This document shows positions 38,603-49,295 of a DNA stretch of 64,000 nucleotides, in pieces (positions within the stretch are counted from its first letter, which is position 1; every line of letters begins with the position of its first letter). The position numbers were made by a program, and so were the translations under genes. This DNA is from Pseudomonadota bacterium (GTDB lineage Bacteria > Pseudomonadota > Gammaproteobacteria > Steroidobacterales > Woeseiaceae), in NCBI GenBank assembly GCA_039033695.1, contig JBCCCC010000002.1, forward strand, positions 20,569 to 84,568, given 5' to 3'. Under the pieces are notes generated by a model that was not told the DNA's origin, did not search any database, and was given only the letters and a program-made list of their open reading frames with translations.

Positions 38603-40966
38603 GTGGACCCATACGTCATACCTCTAGAGCAGCTCGGCATGGGCGATGTCGAACGAGTCGGCGGCAAAAACGCTTCGCTCGGCGAGATGATAAGCAACCT
38701 GGCCAAGCTCGGGGTGAGTGTACCCGGCGGTTTTGCCACAACGGCAGATGCCTACCGCACATTCCTCGCCGACAATGGGCTCGACACGCGCATTGCTGAC
38801 CGGCTGAGCGATCTGGATGTTGATGATATCGCGGCACTCACGAGCGCTGGTGCGCAGATTCGCGAGTGGATTCGATCCGCTCCTCTTCCAGAGAAGCTGC
38901 ATGACGATATGGCGGAAGCCTGGGAACGGATGGCCGGCGGTCGCGACATTGCCGTTGCCGTGCGTTCGTCGGCCACAGCGGAGGACCTGCCGGATGCCTC
39001 TTTCGCAGGCCAGCAAGAGACATTTCTGAACATCCGTGGCCTGGACAATGTGATTGCTGCGATGCGAGAGGTGTTTGCCTCGCTGTTCAACGACCGCGCC
39101 ATCGCCTATCGTGTGCACCAGGGCTACTCCCACGAGCAGGTGGCTCTATCGGCCGGTATCCAGCACATGGTCCGCAGTGATCGTGGCGCCAGCGGTGTCA
39201 TGTTTACACTCGATACTGAATCGGGATTCCGCGACCTGGTATTCATAACGTCATCGTGGGGGCTCGGAGAAACCGTCGTTCAGGGCGCAGTGAACCCCGA
39301 CGAGTTCTACGTTTATAAGCCCGCCATTCGAGATGGTAACTATCCTATTCTCCGTCGCAATCTCGGCAGTAAGGCGATCAAGATGGTGTTTACTGACGAG
39401 GCCGAGGCTGGCAAGAGTGTGCAGACGGTGGACGTCGACCCCGCAGACAGCCAGCGTTTCTCGCTCAATGACGAGGACATTCTGCAGTTGTCGCGCTACG
39501 CACTCACGATCGAAGCGCATTATCAGCGACCCATGGACATCGAATGGGGCAAGGATGGCGACGATGGCCAACTCTATATCCTGCAAGCTCGCCCGGAAAC
39601 CGTTCAGAGCCGCAGCGGCCGGACGCTGCAGCGTTTCTCGCTGAAGCGACGATCTGATGTGATCTGTCGCGGTCGCAGTATTGGCCAGAAAATCGGCTCG
39701 GGCAAAGCGAAAGTTATTCGCGACGTCTCGGAAATGGCACGCGTGCAAAGCGGCGATGTGCTCGTTGCAGACATGACGGACCCTGACTGGGAACCGGTCA
39801 TGAAGCGCGCGTCGGCGATCATTACCAATCGTGGCGGTCGCACCTGCCATGCGGCGATTATTGCGCGTGAGCTTGGGATACCGGCTGTCGTTGGCTGCGC
39901 TGACGCTACCGACAAGATCAGCGATGGCGCCGAGGTTACCGTCTCATGCGCTGAAGGCGATGAAGGCCTGATCTACGACGGCTTGCTTGAATTCGAGAAG
40001 CAGCAGATTGAGCTGGATTCGCTGCCGGACATTCCGGTCAAAATCATGATGAATGTGGGCAACCCCGATCGTGCATTCGACTTTGCGTCGATCCCTCACC
40101 GTGGTGTGGGCCTCGCGCGGCTCGAATTCATTATCAACCGCATGATCGGCGTCCACCCGCAGGCGTTGCTTGACTATGCGGCGCTTGATGCGGATACCCG
40201 TGAGATGGTTGACGAGCAGATGGCCGGATATCCAGACCCGATCGAGTTTTTCGTCAGTAAGCTAGCCGAAGGCGTCAGCTCGATTGCGGCAGCTTTTGCA
40301 CCGCATCCGGTCATTGTTCGGCTATCTGATTTCAAATCGAACGAGTACGCTAACCTGATCGGCGGCGAGCTCTACGAGCCGAACGAAGAAAACCCGATGC
40401 TCGGCTTCCGTGGCGCCGCGCGCTATCTCGACAGCGCGTTTCAGCCCTGTTTCGAGCTCGAATGCCGCGCCATCAAGCGCGTCAGAAATGATATGGGCCT
40501 GACCAATGTTGAGCTCATGGTGCCGTTTGTGCGCACAGTATCCCAGGCCCGTGAAGTCACCGAGCTACTGGCCGCGAACGGGCTGGCACGCGGTGAGAAC
40601 GGTCTTCGGCTTATCATGATGTCTGAGCTGCCGACCAATGCCCTGCTCGCAGATCAGTATCTTGAGTACTTCGATGGCATGTCGATCGGCTCAAACGACA
40701 TGACGCAACTCGCGCTCGGCCTGGACCGCGACTCCGGATTGATCGCGGATCTGTTCGACGAACGCGACGAGGCAGTCAAAGCGCTTCTGGAAATGACAAT
40801 CAGCGCCTGCAAGAAAGCCGGCAAGTACGTCGGTATCTGCGGCCAGGGGCCGTCAGATCACCCCGAACTCGCTCAGTGGTTGCTTGATCAAGGCATCGAA
40901 AGCATGTCGCTCAACCCGGATACCGTCATTGAGACCTGGCTCTATCTAGCCGGTAAATCCGTGTAG
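38603..40966 (+). CDS. ppsA: Phosphoenolpyruvate synthase
   Basis: [19 protein letters not shown], the phospho-His region [20 protein letters not shown] and a C-terminal PEP-utilising domain. GTG start. Confidence 0.95.
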   Translation: MDPYVIPLEQLGMGDVERVGGKNASLGEMISNLAKLGVSVPGGFATTADAYRTFLADNGLDTRIADRLSDLDVDDIAALTSAGAQIREWIRSAPLPEKLHDDMAEAWERMAGGRDIAVAVRSSATAEDLPDASFAGQQETFLNIRGLDNVIAAMREVFASLFNDRAIAYRVHQGYSHEQVALSAGIQHMVRSDRGASGVMFTLDTESGFRDLVFITSSWGLGETVVQGAVNPDEFYVYKPAIRDGNYPILRRNLGSKAIKMVFTDEAEAGKSVQTVDVDPADSQRFSLNDEDILQLSRYALTIEAHYQRPMDIEWGKDGDDGQLYILQARPETVQSRSGRTLQRFSLKRRSDVICRGRSIGQKIGSGKAKVIRDVSEMARVQSGDVLVADMTDPDWEPVMKRASAIITNRGGRTCHAAIIARELGIPAVVGCADATDKISDGAEVTVSCAEGDEGLIYDGLLEFEKQQIELDSLPDIPVKIMMNVGNPDRAFDFASIPHRGVGLARLEFIINRMIGVHPQALLDYAALDADTREMVDEQMAGYPDPIEFFVSKLAEGVSSIAAAFAPHPVIVRLSDFKSNEYANLIGGELYEPNEENPMLGFRGAARYLDSAFQPCFELECRAIKRVRNDMGLTNVELMVPFVRTVSQAREVTELLAANGLARGENGLRLIMMSELPTNALLADQYLEYFDGMSIGSNDMTQLALGLDRDSGLIADLFDERDEAVKALLEMTISACKKAGKYVGICGQGPSDHPELAQWLLDQGIESMSLNPDTVIETWLYLAGKSV

Positions 40967-40984
40967 GCAGCAGCAACGCGGTGC

Positions 40985-41740
40985 TTATAGCAAGTCACCG
41001 CCGCCTCCATAGCCGCCGCGCTTGCGCCGCCGCAGACCTGGCAGGATCAGGCCGAGCACGATACCCACGAGCATCACGCCGGCGCCGATAACAAACCAGT
41101 GCATGATGCGTTTGCTCGATAGCTCGCTGTTCTCTTCCTTCACCAACTGCAACTCAATCTGGGTGTCAGTCAGATCCTTGCGCAGTGCAGTATTCTCGCG
41201 GTCAATATTGATGACGTTTGCGGCTTTCTGCTGCAACGCCTGCAGCTCATCGCGCAACCGTCCATTGTCCTGATCTAAGGAAGCGATACGGCGATTTGCC
41301 TCAGCGTTCGCCTGCCTGAGATCATCCAGCTCGCGACCCGCTTCACCGGATTGACTGCGTAACGTCGCCAAGCGCTCTTGCAACGCTGCAAGTTGGCTGC
41401 GCGCATCCCGCTGGTTCATCAGATACCGGGTCAACACAAAGCCAGTCGTATTGCTGGTCGTCAACCGTACTTCGCTATAGCCATTCTGCGAATCGACCGA
41501 CAGCACTTCTAGTGGCGTCCCGGATGGCAGCATGCGCACGATCGCATTGCTAGTGCTAGGCCCGCGACGCATGGTGACTTCAAATTGGTCAGACACATAC
41601 TGCGTATTGCCTTGCGCGGCGGCTGGGCCGCTAGTTGCCAGCAGACTCACCGCCACACACCCGACACCTAGCACAGTGGCCAAGGACCAACGTGATACTT
41701 TACGTACAATTCTCGTCATTTGTCTTCTCAAAAAACGCAT
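40985..41740 (-). CDS. SH3-domain, coiled-coil, C-terminal TM protein (YgiM-like)
   Basis: Signal/anchor, an SH3-like segment YVSDQFEVTMRRGPS..GYSEV, a long coiled coil and a C-terminal TM helix with a basic tail. Confidence 0.75.
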   Translation of the reverse strand: MRFLRRQMTRIVRKVSRWSLATVLGVGCVAVSLLATSGPAAAQGNTQYVSDQFEVTMRRGPSTSNAIVRMLPSGTPLEVLSVDSQNGYSEVRLTTSNTTGFVLTRYLMNQRDARSQLAALQERLATLRSQSGEAGRELDDLRQANAEANRRIASLDQDNGRLRDELQALQQKAANVINIDRENTALRKDLTDTQIELQLVKEENSELSSKRIMHWFVIGAGVMLVGIVLGLILPGLRRRKRGGYGGGGDLL

Positions 41741-41813
41741 CGTTTCTGGCGCGAAAGAGTAGTCCTAATGCGACGCTTTGTACACTGTCGCCAGCCGGCA
41801 ACAACGGCAAGCG

Positions 41814-42221
41814 TCAGCCACGCTTACGCGACAGGTGGACCAGTGATGCGGCATTGCGCTCCCAGTTTCGACCATCAAATTCGATGATTTCCACATCAGT
41901 ATCAGCCGCCAGTGCCAGGCAATGTAGATTCAGGCTGATACCATCCGGGTTGGAGCGCGGCCTGTAGAACGACTTGACGCCGCAACGCGCGCAAAACCAA
42001 TGCCGTGCAACACCGGTGTTAAAGCGATACTCGCTCAGCGCCTCTCTTGAGGTGTCGAGCGTGAAGTCAGCTGCCGGAATAATCACACCGACAAAACCAG
42101 TCGCCTGGCAAACAGAACAATTGCAGGCGTGGGCCTGAACGGGCACATCGAGTCGGGCATGGTAGCGCACATCGCCACAATGGCAACCGCCCGTCACGGT
42201 GATGCGCGACCGTTCGCTCAT
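41814..42221 (-). CDS. GFA/CENP-V family Zn-binding protein (glutathione-dependent formaldehyde-activating-like)
   Basis: GGCHCGDVRY, CNCSVCQ and FCARCG cysteine motifs. The ATG at 42221 overlaps the upstream stop (ATGA). Confidence 0.8.
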   Translation of the reverse strand: MSERSRITVTGGCHCGDVRYHARLDVPVQAHACNCSVCQATGFVGVIIPAADFTLDTSREALSEYRFNTGVARHWFCARCGVKSFYRPRSNPDGISLNLHCLALAADTDVEIIEFDGRNWERNAASLVHLSRKRG

Positions 42222-42835
42222 GCCGTGCACTCCCACACTAACATCTGATTATTTGCCGGCATATGATAGTGCGACAACTCCAACCAGCCGGCGTCGGCTG
42301 CAGCCGCCCGTATCGCCTCGATATCGCGAATACCCATCAATGCGCTCTCGCGACGCAATGAGTGATCAAAAGCTGCATTGGAATCACTGGTCGGCTCACC
42401 ATTGGCATGCATCGGGCCGTAGACGAACAGCACGGCGTTAGCACGTGCCAGCGTCTTCGCCACAGAGAAAAACGTCTTGGCTAGTGACCAGCTCATGATA
42501 TGTAGCGTGTTCACGGTCAGCACCGCATCATAGTCTGCCGGCAGACTCGCGATTTGCAGATCGTCGCCAACATCCAGCGATTTCGGTGCGAGGATGCGGT
42601 CGTAGTCACGGGCTTGCTCGCGCCACGCCATGATACTGCGCGTATCGGGCTGCTTGTCGCTGGTCTGCCATTGCCACGACGGCAACTGATCGATCAGGTA
42701 AGACGCATGCTGGCCGCTACCACTGCCGATCTCCAGTAGCCGCCCGCTCGGCGGTAACCATCGCGATAACACATCACCAATGGGTTGCCAGTTTCGTTCG
42801 CAGGCCGGTGAGCACCTCAGTGGCAGCATGTTCAT
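42218..42835 (-). CDS. DUF938-type class I SAM-dependent methyltransferase
   Basis: [15 protein letters not shown] and [14 protein letters not shown] (motif I). The ATG at 42835 overlaps the orn stop (ATGA). Confidence 0.7.
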   Translation of the reverse strand: MNMLPLRCSPACERNWQPIGDVLSRWLPPSGRLLEIGSGSGQHASYLIDQLPSWQWQTSDKQPDTRSIMAWREQARDYDRILAPKSLDVGDDLQIASLPADYDAVLTVNTLHIMSWSLAKTFFSVAKTLARANAVLFVYGPMHANGEPTSDSNAAFDHSLRRESALMGIRDIEAIRAAAADAGWLELSHYHMPANNQMLVWECTA

Positions 42836-43419
42836 TCGTCGCGCGATGACGACACCGGTTTCTGGTCTGGCAACCAATGCTCACGATAGTGCGCGAGTTC
42901 AGCAATCGAATCGCGAATGTCAGCCAGCGCCAGGTGCTCGGACTGTTTTTGGATTCCCGCCGCGACACCAGGCGCCCACATTCCCGCGAGGATCTTGAGC
43001 GTGCTGACATCGAGGTTTCGGTAATGAAAAAACGCCTCCAGTTCGGGCATGTACAGCGCCAAGAACCGACGGTCCTGACAAATACTATTGCCGCACATTG
43101 GCGACGAATTGGTCGCCACATGCTGGCGCAAAAAAGCCAGGGTCGCCCGTTCGGCCTCCGCCTCGTCGGCAGTGCTGTCGCGGACGCGGTCAGTCAGTCC
43201 GGATTGACCGTGTTGACGCGTGTTCCACGCATCCATGGCTTCCATTCGGCTCTCGGACTGATGTACGGCGATGACAGGTCCTACCGCGACCTCATTGAGA
43301 ACTGCATCAGTGACGATGGTGGCGATCTCAATGATCCGATCTTGCGACGGCGATAATCCGGTCATTTCAAGATCGATCCAGATCAACCGGATTGGGTCTT
43401 TTTCTTGCGTATCATCCAT
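42832..43419 (-). CDS. orn: Oligoribonuclease
   Basis: Collinear with E. coli Orn: [35 protein letters not shown] and [14 protein letters not shown]. Start placed at the ATG at 43419. Confidence 0.93.
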   Translation of the reverse strand: MDDTQEKDPIRLIWIDLEMTGLSPSQDRIIEIATIVTDAVLNEVAVGPVIAVHQSESRMEAMDAWNTRQHGQSGLTDRVRDSTADEAEAERATLAFLRQHVATNSSPMCGNSICQDRRFLALYMPELEAFFHYRNLDVSTLKILAGMWAPGVAAGIQKQSEHLALADIRDSIAELAHYREHWLPDQKPVSSSRDE

Positions 43420-43538
43420 CCTGCAATTGTAGCAGAACGGCTGCAATGCACGGTTATTCGCACGGTGCGGCTCGTGCGGGCTGCAGATGGCATACTGTCA
43501 ATGTGAACACCCAAACAAACACGAACGAGTCGCGAACC

Positions 43539-44423
43539 ATGCGGGTGACGGCCTCATGGGGGCGTCGCTTTCGATTACACGACCCGACAGCGACACAAAC
43601 GTTGAGCGTGCAGGCGCGTACGCGCGGCAAGCGCTTGCGACCGGTCGCAGGCGACCTCGTCGTTGCACGGCCGTTAGCCGGCGAGAAAGACTGGTTAATC
43701 GAGTCTGTTGATTCGCGCGTGAACGAACTCGCGCGGCCAGACATGCGCGGGCGGCGGGAAGTGCTTGCGGCCAATATCGAATTGATGGTCGTTGTCGCCT
43801 GCCCGGCACCGGCAGCCGACTTTTTCATCGTCGACCGATATCTGGCGGCTGCGCGTTTGATGCAATGCGACGCGATTGTCGTCTGGAACAAGAAAGACAT
43901 TGCGCCGCCGCCGCCAGAGTTTAACGACTACGCACGCATTGGGTATTCGGTATTCGCGACCTGCCAGAGCGAGCGTGCCGGAATCGACGCGCTTGCCGCG
44001 CAGCTTCGCGGATATCGCAGTATCTTCGTTGGCCAATCCGGCGTTGGTAAATCATCGCTCATCAATGCACTTGGCGGCGATGAGTTGCAACGAACTGGCC
44101 ATATTTCCGATGCGAATCAGGAAGGTCGCCATACGACCGTGGCCGCAACGCTTGTATACCTGCCCGGCGATATAGCCGTTATCGATTCACCAGGCGTGCG
44201 CGACTATGCGCCAAGCATCCAAGAGCTAGCCGATGTCGATAAGGGATTCGTAGAAATCAGCCGCGCGAGCGAGCGATGCCGATTTGCCAATTGCGTGCAC
44301 CGGGCCGAACCCGGATGCGCCGTAAAAGAAGCTGTCGAACAAGGTGACATTGCGCAGCGCCGCTACAGCAGTTATTTGCGGCTCGCGCAACTGACGCGGC
44401 AGATGAACGAACAGAAACGCTAG
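43539..44423 (+). CDS. rsgA: Ribosome small-subunit-dependent GTPase A
   Basis: VVWNKKD (G4), FVGQSGVGKSSLINAL (G1) and Zn-finger CRFANCVHRAEPGCAV. Divergent from orn, as in E. coli. Start is uncertain; the tracked ORF begins at 43392. Confidence 0.85.
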   Translation: MRVTASWGRRFRLHDPTATQTLSVQARTRGKRLRPVAGDLVVARPLAGEKDWLIESVDSRVNELARPDMRGRREVLAANIELMVVVACPAPAADFFIVDRYLAAARLMQCDAIVVWNKKDIAPPPPEFNDYARIGYSVFATCQSERAGIDALAAQLRGYRSIFVGQSGVGKSSLINALGGDELQRTGHISDANQEGRHTTVAATLVYLPGDIAVIDSPGVRDYAPSIQELADVDKGFVEISRASERCRFANCVHRAEPGCAVKEAVEQGDIAQRRYSSYLRLAQLTRQMNEQKR

Positions 44424-44776
44424 ACGCCGAAACCGCCTGGCAGCTGTGCACCGCCCAGCAGGTGTAAGTGAATGTGGTACACCGTCTGGCCCCCATGGGG
44501 ATTGCAGTTCATCACGAGGCGATATCCCGCATCGGCAATCCCAACCTCTTGTGCGTAGTCGCGCGCCGCCAGCATGAGTTGCGCAACCAAGCCAGCATCC
44601 TCATCGGTTAACGCGTTCGCGTTAGCAATGTGTTTCCTGGGGATAAACAGCACATGCACGGGTGCTTGCGGATGTATGTCCTCGAAACCAATGACATCAT
44701 CGCTTTCGAAGACCCGCGCCGCGGGAATTCGCCCCGCCACAATTGCACAAAACAGACAGTCTGAAGGGTCGCTCAT
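44420..44776 (-). CDS. HIT-family nucleotide hydrolase (HinT-like)
   Basis: CLFCAIVAGRIPA and the histidine triad HIHLHLLGG. Confidence 0.9.
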   Translation of the reverse strand: MSDPSDCLFCAIVAGRIPAARVFESDDVIGFEDIHPQAPVHVLFIPRKHIANANALTDEDAGLVAQLMLAARDYAQEVGIADAGYRLVMNCNPHGGQTVYHIHLHLLGGAQLPGGFGV

Positions 44777-44794
44777 TTGCTTGTCTCCAAAGGG

Positions 44795-45397
44795 TCACCC
44801 ATGCATTGTTCGCCTACCGGAAAACGCATGGGACAGCGTACCGCCATCAACGTACTCGAGTTCGCCACCAACTGGCACGCCGTGGGCAATACGACTCGCG
44901 GCGCGTTCATGGCGGGCGGCGACGTCCGCGACAAAGTGCGCAGTCGCGTCTCCCTCGACTGTCGGGTTCGTAGCGATGATGACTTCCTTTAGCTCCGGTT
45001 GGCGTAGCAAAACGATGAGTTTCTCAAGTCCTAACTCCTCGGGCCCGATGCCGTCCAATGGCGACAGGTGCCCCATCAATACAAAGTAGCGCCCCCGAAA
45101 ACCCGTCGCCGAGTCGAGCGCGAGGACATCGGCCGGCGACTCAACCACACACAGCGCAGCTGAATCCCGCGCAGGGTCGCTACAAATTGGACACACTGGT
45201 GTCTCCGAGAACATCTGGCATCGTTCGCACTGACCAATACCTTCGACTGCCGCCAGTAGCTGCGCCGACAGATGCTTGGCGCCGTCGCGGTTGCGCTCCA
45301 GCAGAGCAAACGCCATCCGCTGCGCGGACTTCTGTCCCACGCCGGGCAGACAACGCAATGCTTCAATCAAGTCCGACAGCAGCGGTGTAAAAGACAT
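44795..45397 (-). CDS. recR: Recombination protein RecR
   Basis: [14 protein letters not shown] (HhH), C4 zinc finger [16 protein letters not shown] and the Toprim region. Confidence 0.95.
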   Translation of the reverse strand: MSFTPLLSDLIEALRCLPGVGQKSAQRMAFALLERNRDGAKHLSAQLLAAVEGIGQCERCQMFSETPVCPICSDPARDSAALCVVESPADVLALDSATGFRGRYFVLMGHLSPLDGIGPEELGLEKLIVLLRQPELKEVIIATNPTVEGDATAHFVADVAARHERAASRIAHGVPVGGELEYVDGGTLSHAFSGRRTMHG

Positions 45398-45410
45398 AGG
45401 TCAGTCAGCC

Positions 45411-45734
45411 TCAAAAGGGTAGCTTGAACCCCGCGGGCAATCCCATACCGCCGGTCATGCCGGCCATCTTCTCCTGGCTGATTGCCTCGACCTTTCGCAG
45501 TGCATCATTGAATCCGGCAGTCAGCAAATCCTCCAGCATGTCGCGCTCCTCGCCAACCAGCGAATCGTCGATCCGAATCTGACGTACTTCATGTTTGCAG
45601 GTCATGGTGACCTTGATCATGCCGGCACCGGCTTCGCCGACCACCTCTGTATTGGCCAGCTCCGCTTGCATCTGCTCCATGTTTTCCTGCATTTGCTTGG
45701 CCTGTTTCATCAACTGGCCTATTCCGCCTTTCAT
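45411..45734 (-). CDS. ybaB: Nucleoid-associated protein YbaB/EbfC
   Basis: [20 protein letters not shown]... and [10 protein letters not shown]. Conserved dnaX-ybaB-recR order. Confidence 0.9.
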   Translation of the reverse strand: MKGGIGQLMKQAKQMQENMEQMQAELANTEVVGEAGAGMIKVTMTCKHEVRQIRIDDSLVGEERDMLEDLLTAGFNDALRKVEAISQEKMAGMTGGMGLPAGFKLPF

Positions 45735-45777
45735 ATACTCTCTCCTGCCTTGGCCATCTGGCCGGCCTTAGGCTTAC

Positions 45778-47481
45778 CTAGTGTTTGGTCACATCGTCCG
45801 TTGACGACGTGTCAACGGCTTCATGGCCGACAACACGAACAGCTTGCTCGTCAAGCTCCGCATCGAACAGTTTACGCATCTCCGCTACGCCAGGATCGGC
45901 AATCAGTGCATCGCGGACACTCGCCTGTTTCTCCGTTTGCTCTCGCGCTTCGCGCTGCACTGGTGTTTCGTTGACCGTAGCGCCGTCTATCTCAATGCGC
46001 AGTTGAATATCCTGATCAAGATGCGCGCTCAAAGCCTTGCCGAGTTCCTTGATACGCGCCTCGGTCAGCAACGATTCACTGCGCTTATCCAACGATAAGA
46101 CGATCGTCTCGCCTTGTTGCTCGACGAAGGCACAATTGGCCGCGAGCAGGCGTGCCACACCGCCGAGTTTCAACTGCCCGATCAGTCGATGCCAGTCCGA
46201 TAGCGGCGTATCAACGACTGCTGCTTCGTCCTTACGTTGCGCCTCGCTGCCGGTGGTCGCCGAAGACGGCGCCTTAGCGGATTGATGTTGCAAAGTGGCG
46301 GCCCGCGATTGGGTCCGCGATGTCTTGGGTGTATTGTCGCGACCGTCCCGCGACGTACTAGCGACTGATGATCCTCCGCCTTGTTGGCTGCCGGCAGCGC
46401 TGGCCGGCCGAAACGCCAGCATGCGCAGTAGCGCCATCTCCATGCCGACGCGTGGATCCGGCGCCAATGGCATGTCACGTTTGCCCTGCAAAGCGATCTG
46501 GTAGTAAAGCTGAACATCCGCCGGGCTTAGCAGACTCGCCAGTCTCTCGATCTCGCCCGCCTCGTCATCGTCGAGATCAGTGCTCTCGGTCGCCTGATAA
46601 ACGGCAATTCTACTCAACAGCTGCGCAAGCTCATCGATCAATCGACGATAGTCTGGAAACTGCTCGTCCGCAGACGCGATGAGACGCATCAATTGCTCAC
46701 CATCAGCACCAGCCAGCGCTTCCGCGATCGCGACAACCTGGCCACGATCGAGCGCACCAAGCATCTGCGCAACATCGTGCTCGACCAATGCACCGCCGCC
46801 AAACGCGATCGCCTGATCCATTAGGCTTAGCGCATCGCGCAGGCTGCCCTCCGCAGCTCGCGCAAGTAACGCCAGCGACGCCGGTTCGGCCGACACGCCC
46901 TCCGCATCTGCAATTAGTGCCAATCGCTCACTGATGAGCGCGGGTGTCAAACGCTTCAGATTAAACTGCAGGCATCGCGAGAGTACCGTCACGGGCAATT
47001 TCTGGGGATCGGTGGTCGCCAGCAGGAACTTCACATGCGCAGGTGGTTCCTCAAGTGTCTTGAGCAACGCGTTGAAAGAGTGCGTCGACAACATATGCAC
47101 TTCATCGATCAGGTACACCTTGAAGCGACCTCGCGTCGGCGCATACTGCACGTTGTCGAGCATCTCGCGAGTATCGTCGACTTTGGTACGCGATGCGGCA
47201 TCCACTTCAATAAGGTCAACAAAGCGGCCTTCGTCAATCTCATGGCAAGCGCCACATTCGCCGCATGGGGTTGCCGAAACGCCGCGCTCGCAATTCAGCG
47301 CCTTGGCCAGGATACGCGCCAGCGTGGTCTTGCCGACACCACGTGTGCCTGCAAACAGATAGGCATGGTGGAGTCGCTCATTGTCGAGCGAATGTGCCAG
47401 CGCCTTGAGCACGTGTTGTTGGCCAACGACATCAGCAAACGTCTGCGGCCGCCATTTACGCGCCAGTACAAGATAGCTCAT
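45778..47481 (-). CDS. dnaX: DNA polymerase III subunit tau/gamma
   Basis: MSYLVLARKWRPQTFADVVGQ, Walker A GTRGVGKTT, zinc module CGECGACHEID and LIDEVHML. Start placed at the ATG at 47481. Confidence 0.93.
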   Translation of the reverse strand: MSYLVLARKWRPQTFADVVGQQHVLKALAHSLDNERLHHAYLFAGTRGVGKTTLARILAKALNCERGVSATPCGECGACHEIDEGRFVDLIEVDAASRTKVDDTREMLDNVQYAPTRGRFKVYLIDEVHMLSTHSFNALLKTLEEPPAHVKFLLATTDPQKLPVTVLSRCLQFNLKRLTPALISERLALIADAEGVSAEPASLALLARAAEGSLRDALSLMDQAIAFGGGALVEHDVAQMLGALDRGQVVAIAEALAGADGEQLMRLIASADEQFPDYRRLIDELAQLLSRIAVYQATESTDLDDDEAGEIERLASLLSPADVQLYYQIALQGKRDMPLAPDPRVGMEMALLRMLAFRPASAAGSQQGGGSSVASTSRDGRDNTPKTSRTQSRAATLQHQSAKAPSSATTGSEAQRKDEAAVVDTPLSDWHRLIGQLKLGGVARLLAANCAFVEQQGETIVLSLDKRSESLLTEARIKELGKALSAHLDQDIQLRIEIDGATVNETPVQREAREQTEKQASVRDALIADPGVAEMRKLFDAELDEQAVRVVGHEAVDTSSTDDVTKH

Positions 47482-47535
47482 GGAGTTATGCATCACCTTG
47501 CGCCCCAAGCGCAGCGCTTGCGGCAAAAATAAAGA

Positions 47536-47641
47536 GGCTCGCGCCAGCTAATCCCCGGCACCCGGTGTGACCGCTGCCGCTGCTCCCTTCCGGGCCTGAC
47601 GGGGTTCACGGCTGACCGTCGCGAGGCAGCCGACACGAGCC
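47536..47641 (-). ncRNA. ffs: Signal recognition particle RNA (4.5S RNA)
   Basis: The minus strand reads GGCUCGUG...GUCAGGCCCGGAAGGGAGCAGC...GGGUGCCGGGGAUUAGCUGGCGCGAGCC. This contains the conserved domain IV GGAA tetraloop region. The 5' and 3' ends pair. It sits upstream of dnaX, the usual position. Confidence 0.85.
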
Positions 47642-47648
47642 AAAGGCT

Positions 47649-47657
47649 ATTATCTCA
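47649..47657 (-). promoter_or_regulatory. Candidate extended -10 element (TGaGATAAT) for ffs
   Basis: The minus strand reads tgagataat 7-8 nt upstream of the predicted first G of the SRP RNA. The -35 is weak (GTGATT at 17-nt spacing). Confidence 0.35.
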
Positions 47658-47782
47658 GGCGCACGCAATGGAATCACCTCTTTTCTGCGTCGAACTGCTG
47701 ACGAGCGGAATTTGCGTTCTAATTTAGGGTCAAATCGCAGAGATTGTTATAATCGGGAGATGAGGTTCACCACGAACACGCC

Positions 47783-49216
47783 GTGCAAATGGTCATAAGA
47801 CTCGCAACAGCCACCCTGAGCCTTGCGCTGCTGTCCTCGCTGCATTACGCCCCGCCCATACTCGATCAGGTACTCGAGGTTGGGCAACTGCGTGTCGTAA
47901 CGCGCAATTCGCCGACGGCGTGGTATATCGGCAGTTCAGGCCCGACAGGGCCGGAGTACGACCTGGCCATGGGCTTTGCGCGCGAACTCGGTGTAGAACT
48001 GACGATGCAGCCAGTGGACAGCGTTAGCGAGTTAATCCCAACGGTGGCGCTCGGCGACGCGCACATCGCCGCTGCCGGTCTATCGATAACCGAACAGCGG
48101 CTCACGACGGCGTCGTTTTCACAGCCTTACCAGCAAGTCGAGCAACATCTGATATACCGTCGCGGTACAGGCAAACCGCAGTCTTTGGCGGACATACTCG
48201 ACAAAAAGATCGTGATTATGGCTGGTTCCAGCCATGCGGAAACACTACGGGCGTTGCAACAGGACTGGCCGGCGCTGACCTGGGAAGAGGACGACACTGC
48301 AGAGTCTGCCGACTTGCTGGCAGCGGTTGCCAGCGGCGATATCGACTACACTGTTGCCGATTCGACCGACTTCAATATCAACCGCCGGTTCCATCCAGAG
48401 CTGCGCATCGGACTTGATCTGGAGGTCGCTGACTCCATCGCCTGGGGTTTCGCGCCCGGTAAAGACGACTCGTTGGTGAGCCGCGCCAATCAGTACCTGC
48501 AGCGCGTGCGCCGCAACGGTGAGCTGACACGTATTCTGGATCGCTACTACGGTCACAATGGCGACTTTGATTACGTGGGCACGCGGAGCTTCATCCGACA
48601 TTATGAGAGCCGTCTGCCACGCTATCGCGAGCTGTTCGAACAGGCCGGCGAACAGAACGCGATCGACTGGAAGTTGCTGGCGGCAATTGGCTACCAAGAA
48701 TCGCACTGGCGGCGCGGTGCGGTATCTCCCACGGGCGTGCGCGGCATCATGATGTTGACTCAGGCCACTGCCGATGTGCTTGGCATTGAGGATCGCACGG
48801 ACCCGGCGTCGAGCATTAGTGGCGGCGGGCGCTTCTTCGCGCGACTTAAGGCGAGATTAGGCGACGATATACCTGAACCGGATCGCACCTGGATGGCACT
48901 GGCCGCATATAACGTCGGTTTCTTTCACCTCAAGGACGCCCGTACCATTGTCGAGATGCAGAACGGCAACCCAAACCGTTGGGTCGATGTAAGGGACGCG
49001 TTGCCACTGCTGGCGCAGCGGCGCTGGTACCAGCAATTGCCGTATGGCTATGCGCGTGGTTGGGAGCCGGTCACCTATGTGGAGAACATCCGTAACTACC
49101 GCGACATCCTGCGATGGCTCGAGTCCCGAGATAACGGCGAGCCGGAGCCAGAACCAACCGAGAATCCGGATGCCATAGCCGATGCGCCCCCGCTGCAGGC
49201 GAACACGCAGACCTGA
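47783..49216 (+). CDS. mltF: Membrane-bound lytic murein transglycosylase F
   Basis: N-terminal solute-binding-like domain plus a C-terminal SLT domain (AIGYQESHWRRGAVSPTGVRGIMMLT, AAYNVG). GTG start at 47783 or ATG at 47789. Confidence 0.85.
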   Translation: MQMVIRLATATLSLALLSSLHYAPPILDQVLEVGQLRVVTRNSPTAWYIGSSGPTGPEYDLAMGFARELGVELTMQPVDSVSELIPTVALGDAHIAAAGLSITEQRLTTASFSQPYQQVEQHLIYRRGTGKPQSLADILDKKIVIMAGSSHAETLRALQQDWPALTWEEDDTAESADLLAAVASGDIDYTVADSTDFNINRRFHPELRIGLDLEVADSIAWGFAPGKDDSLVSRANQYLQRVRRNGELTRILDRYYGHNGDFDYVGTRSFIRHYESRLPRYRELFEQAGEQNAIDWKLLAAIGYQESHWRRGAVSPTGVRGIMMLTQATADVLGIEDRTDPASSISGGGRFFARLKARLGDDIPEPDRTWMALAAYNVGFFHLKDARTIVEMQNGNPNRWVDVRDALPLLAQRRWYQQLPYGYARGWEPVTYVENIRNYRDILRWLESRDNGEPEPEPTENPDAIADAPPLQANTQT

Positions 49217-49295
49217 CCAACCAGGAGGCACGCCGGTTCAGCGTGCATTCAGCCAACCGCTGGCTAAATGAAGCTCACGATCCGCCAACATCGGA

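Noticed and set aside
45778-47481. Searched dnaX for the E. coli-type A AAA AAG slippery heptamer used for gamma-subunit frameshifting (CTTTTTT on the plus strand).
   Set aside because: I found no such heptamer by eye. I cannot exclude other slippage mechanisms, so I make no claim.
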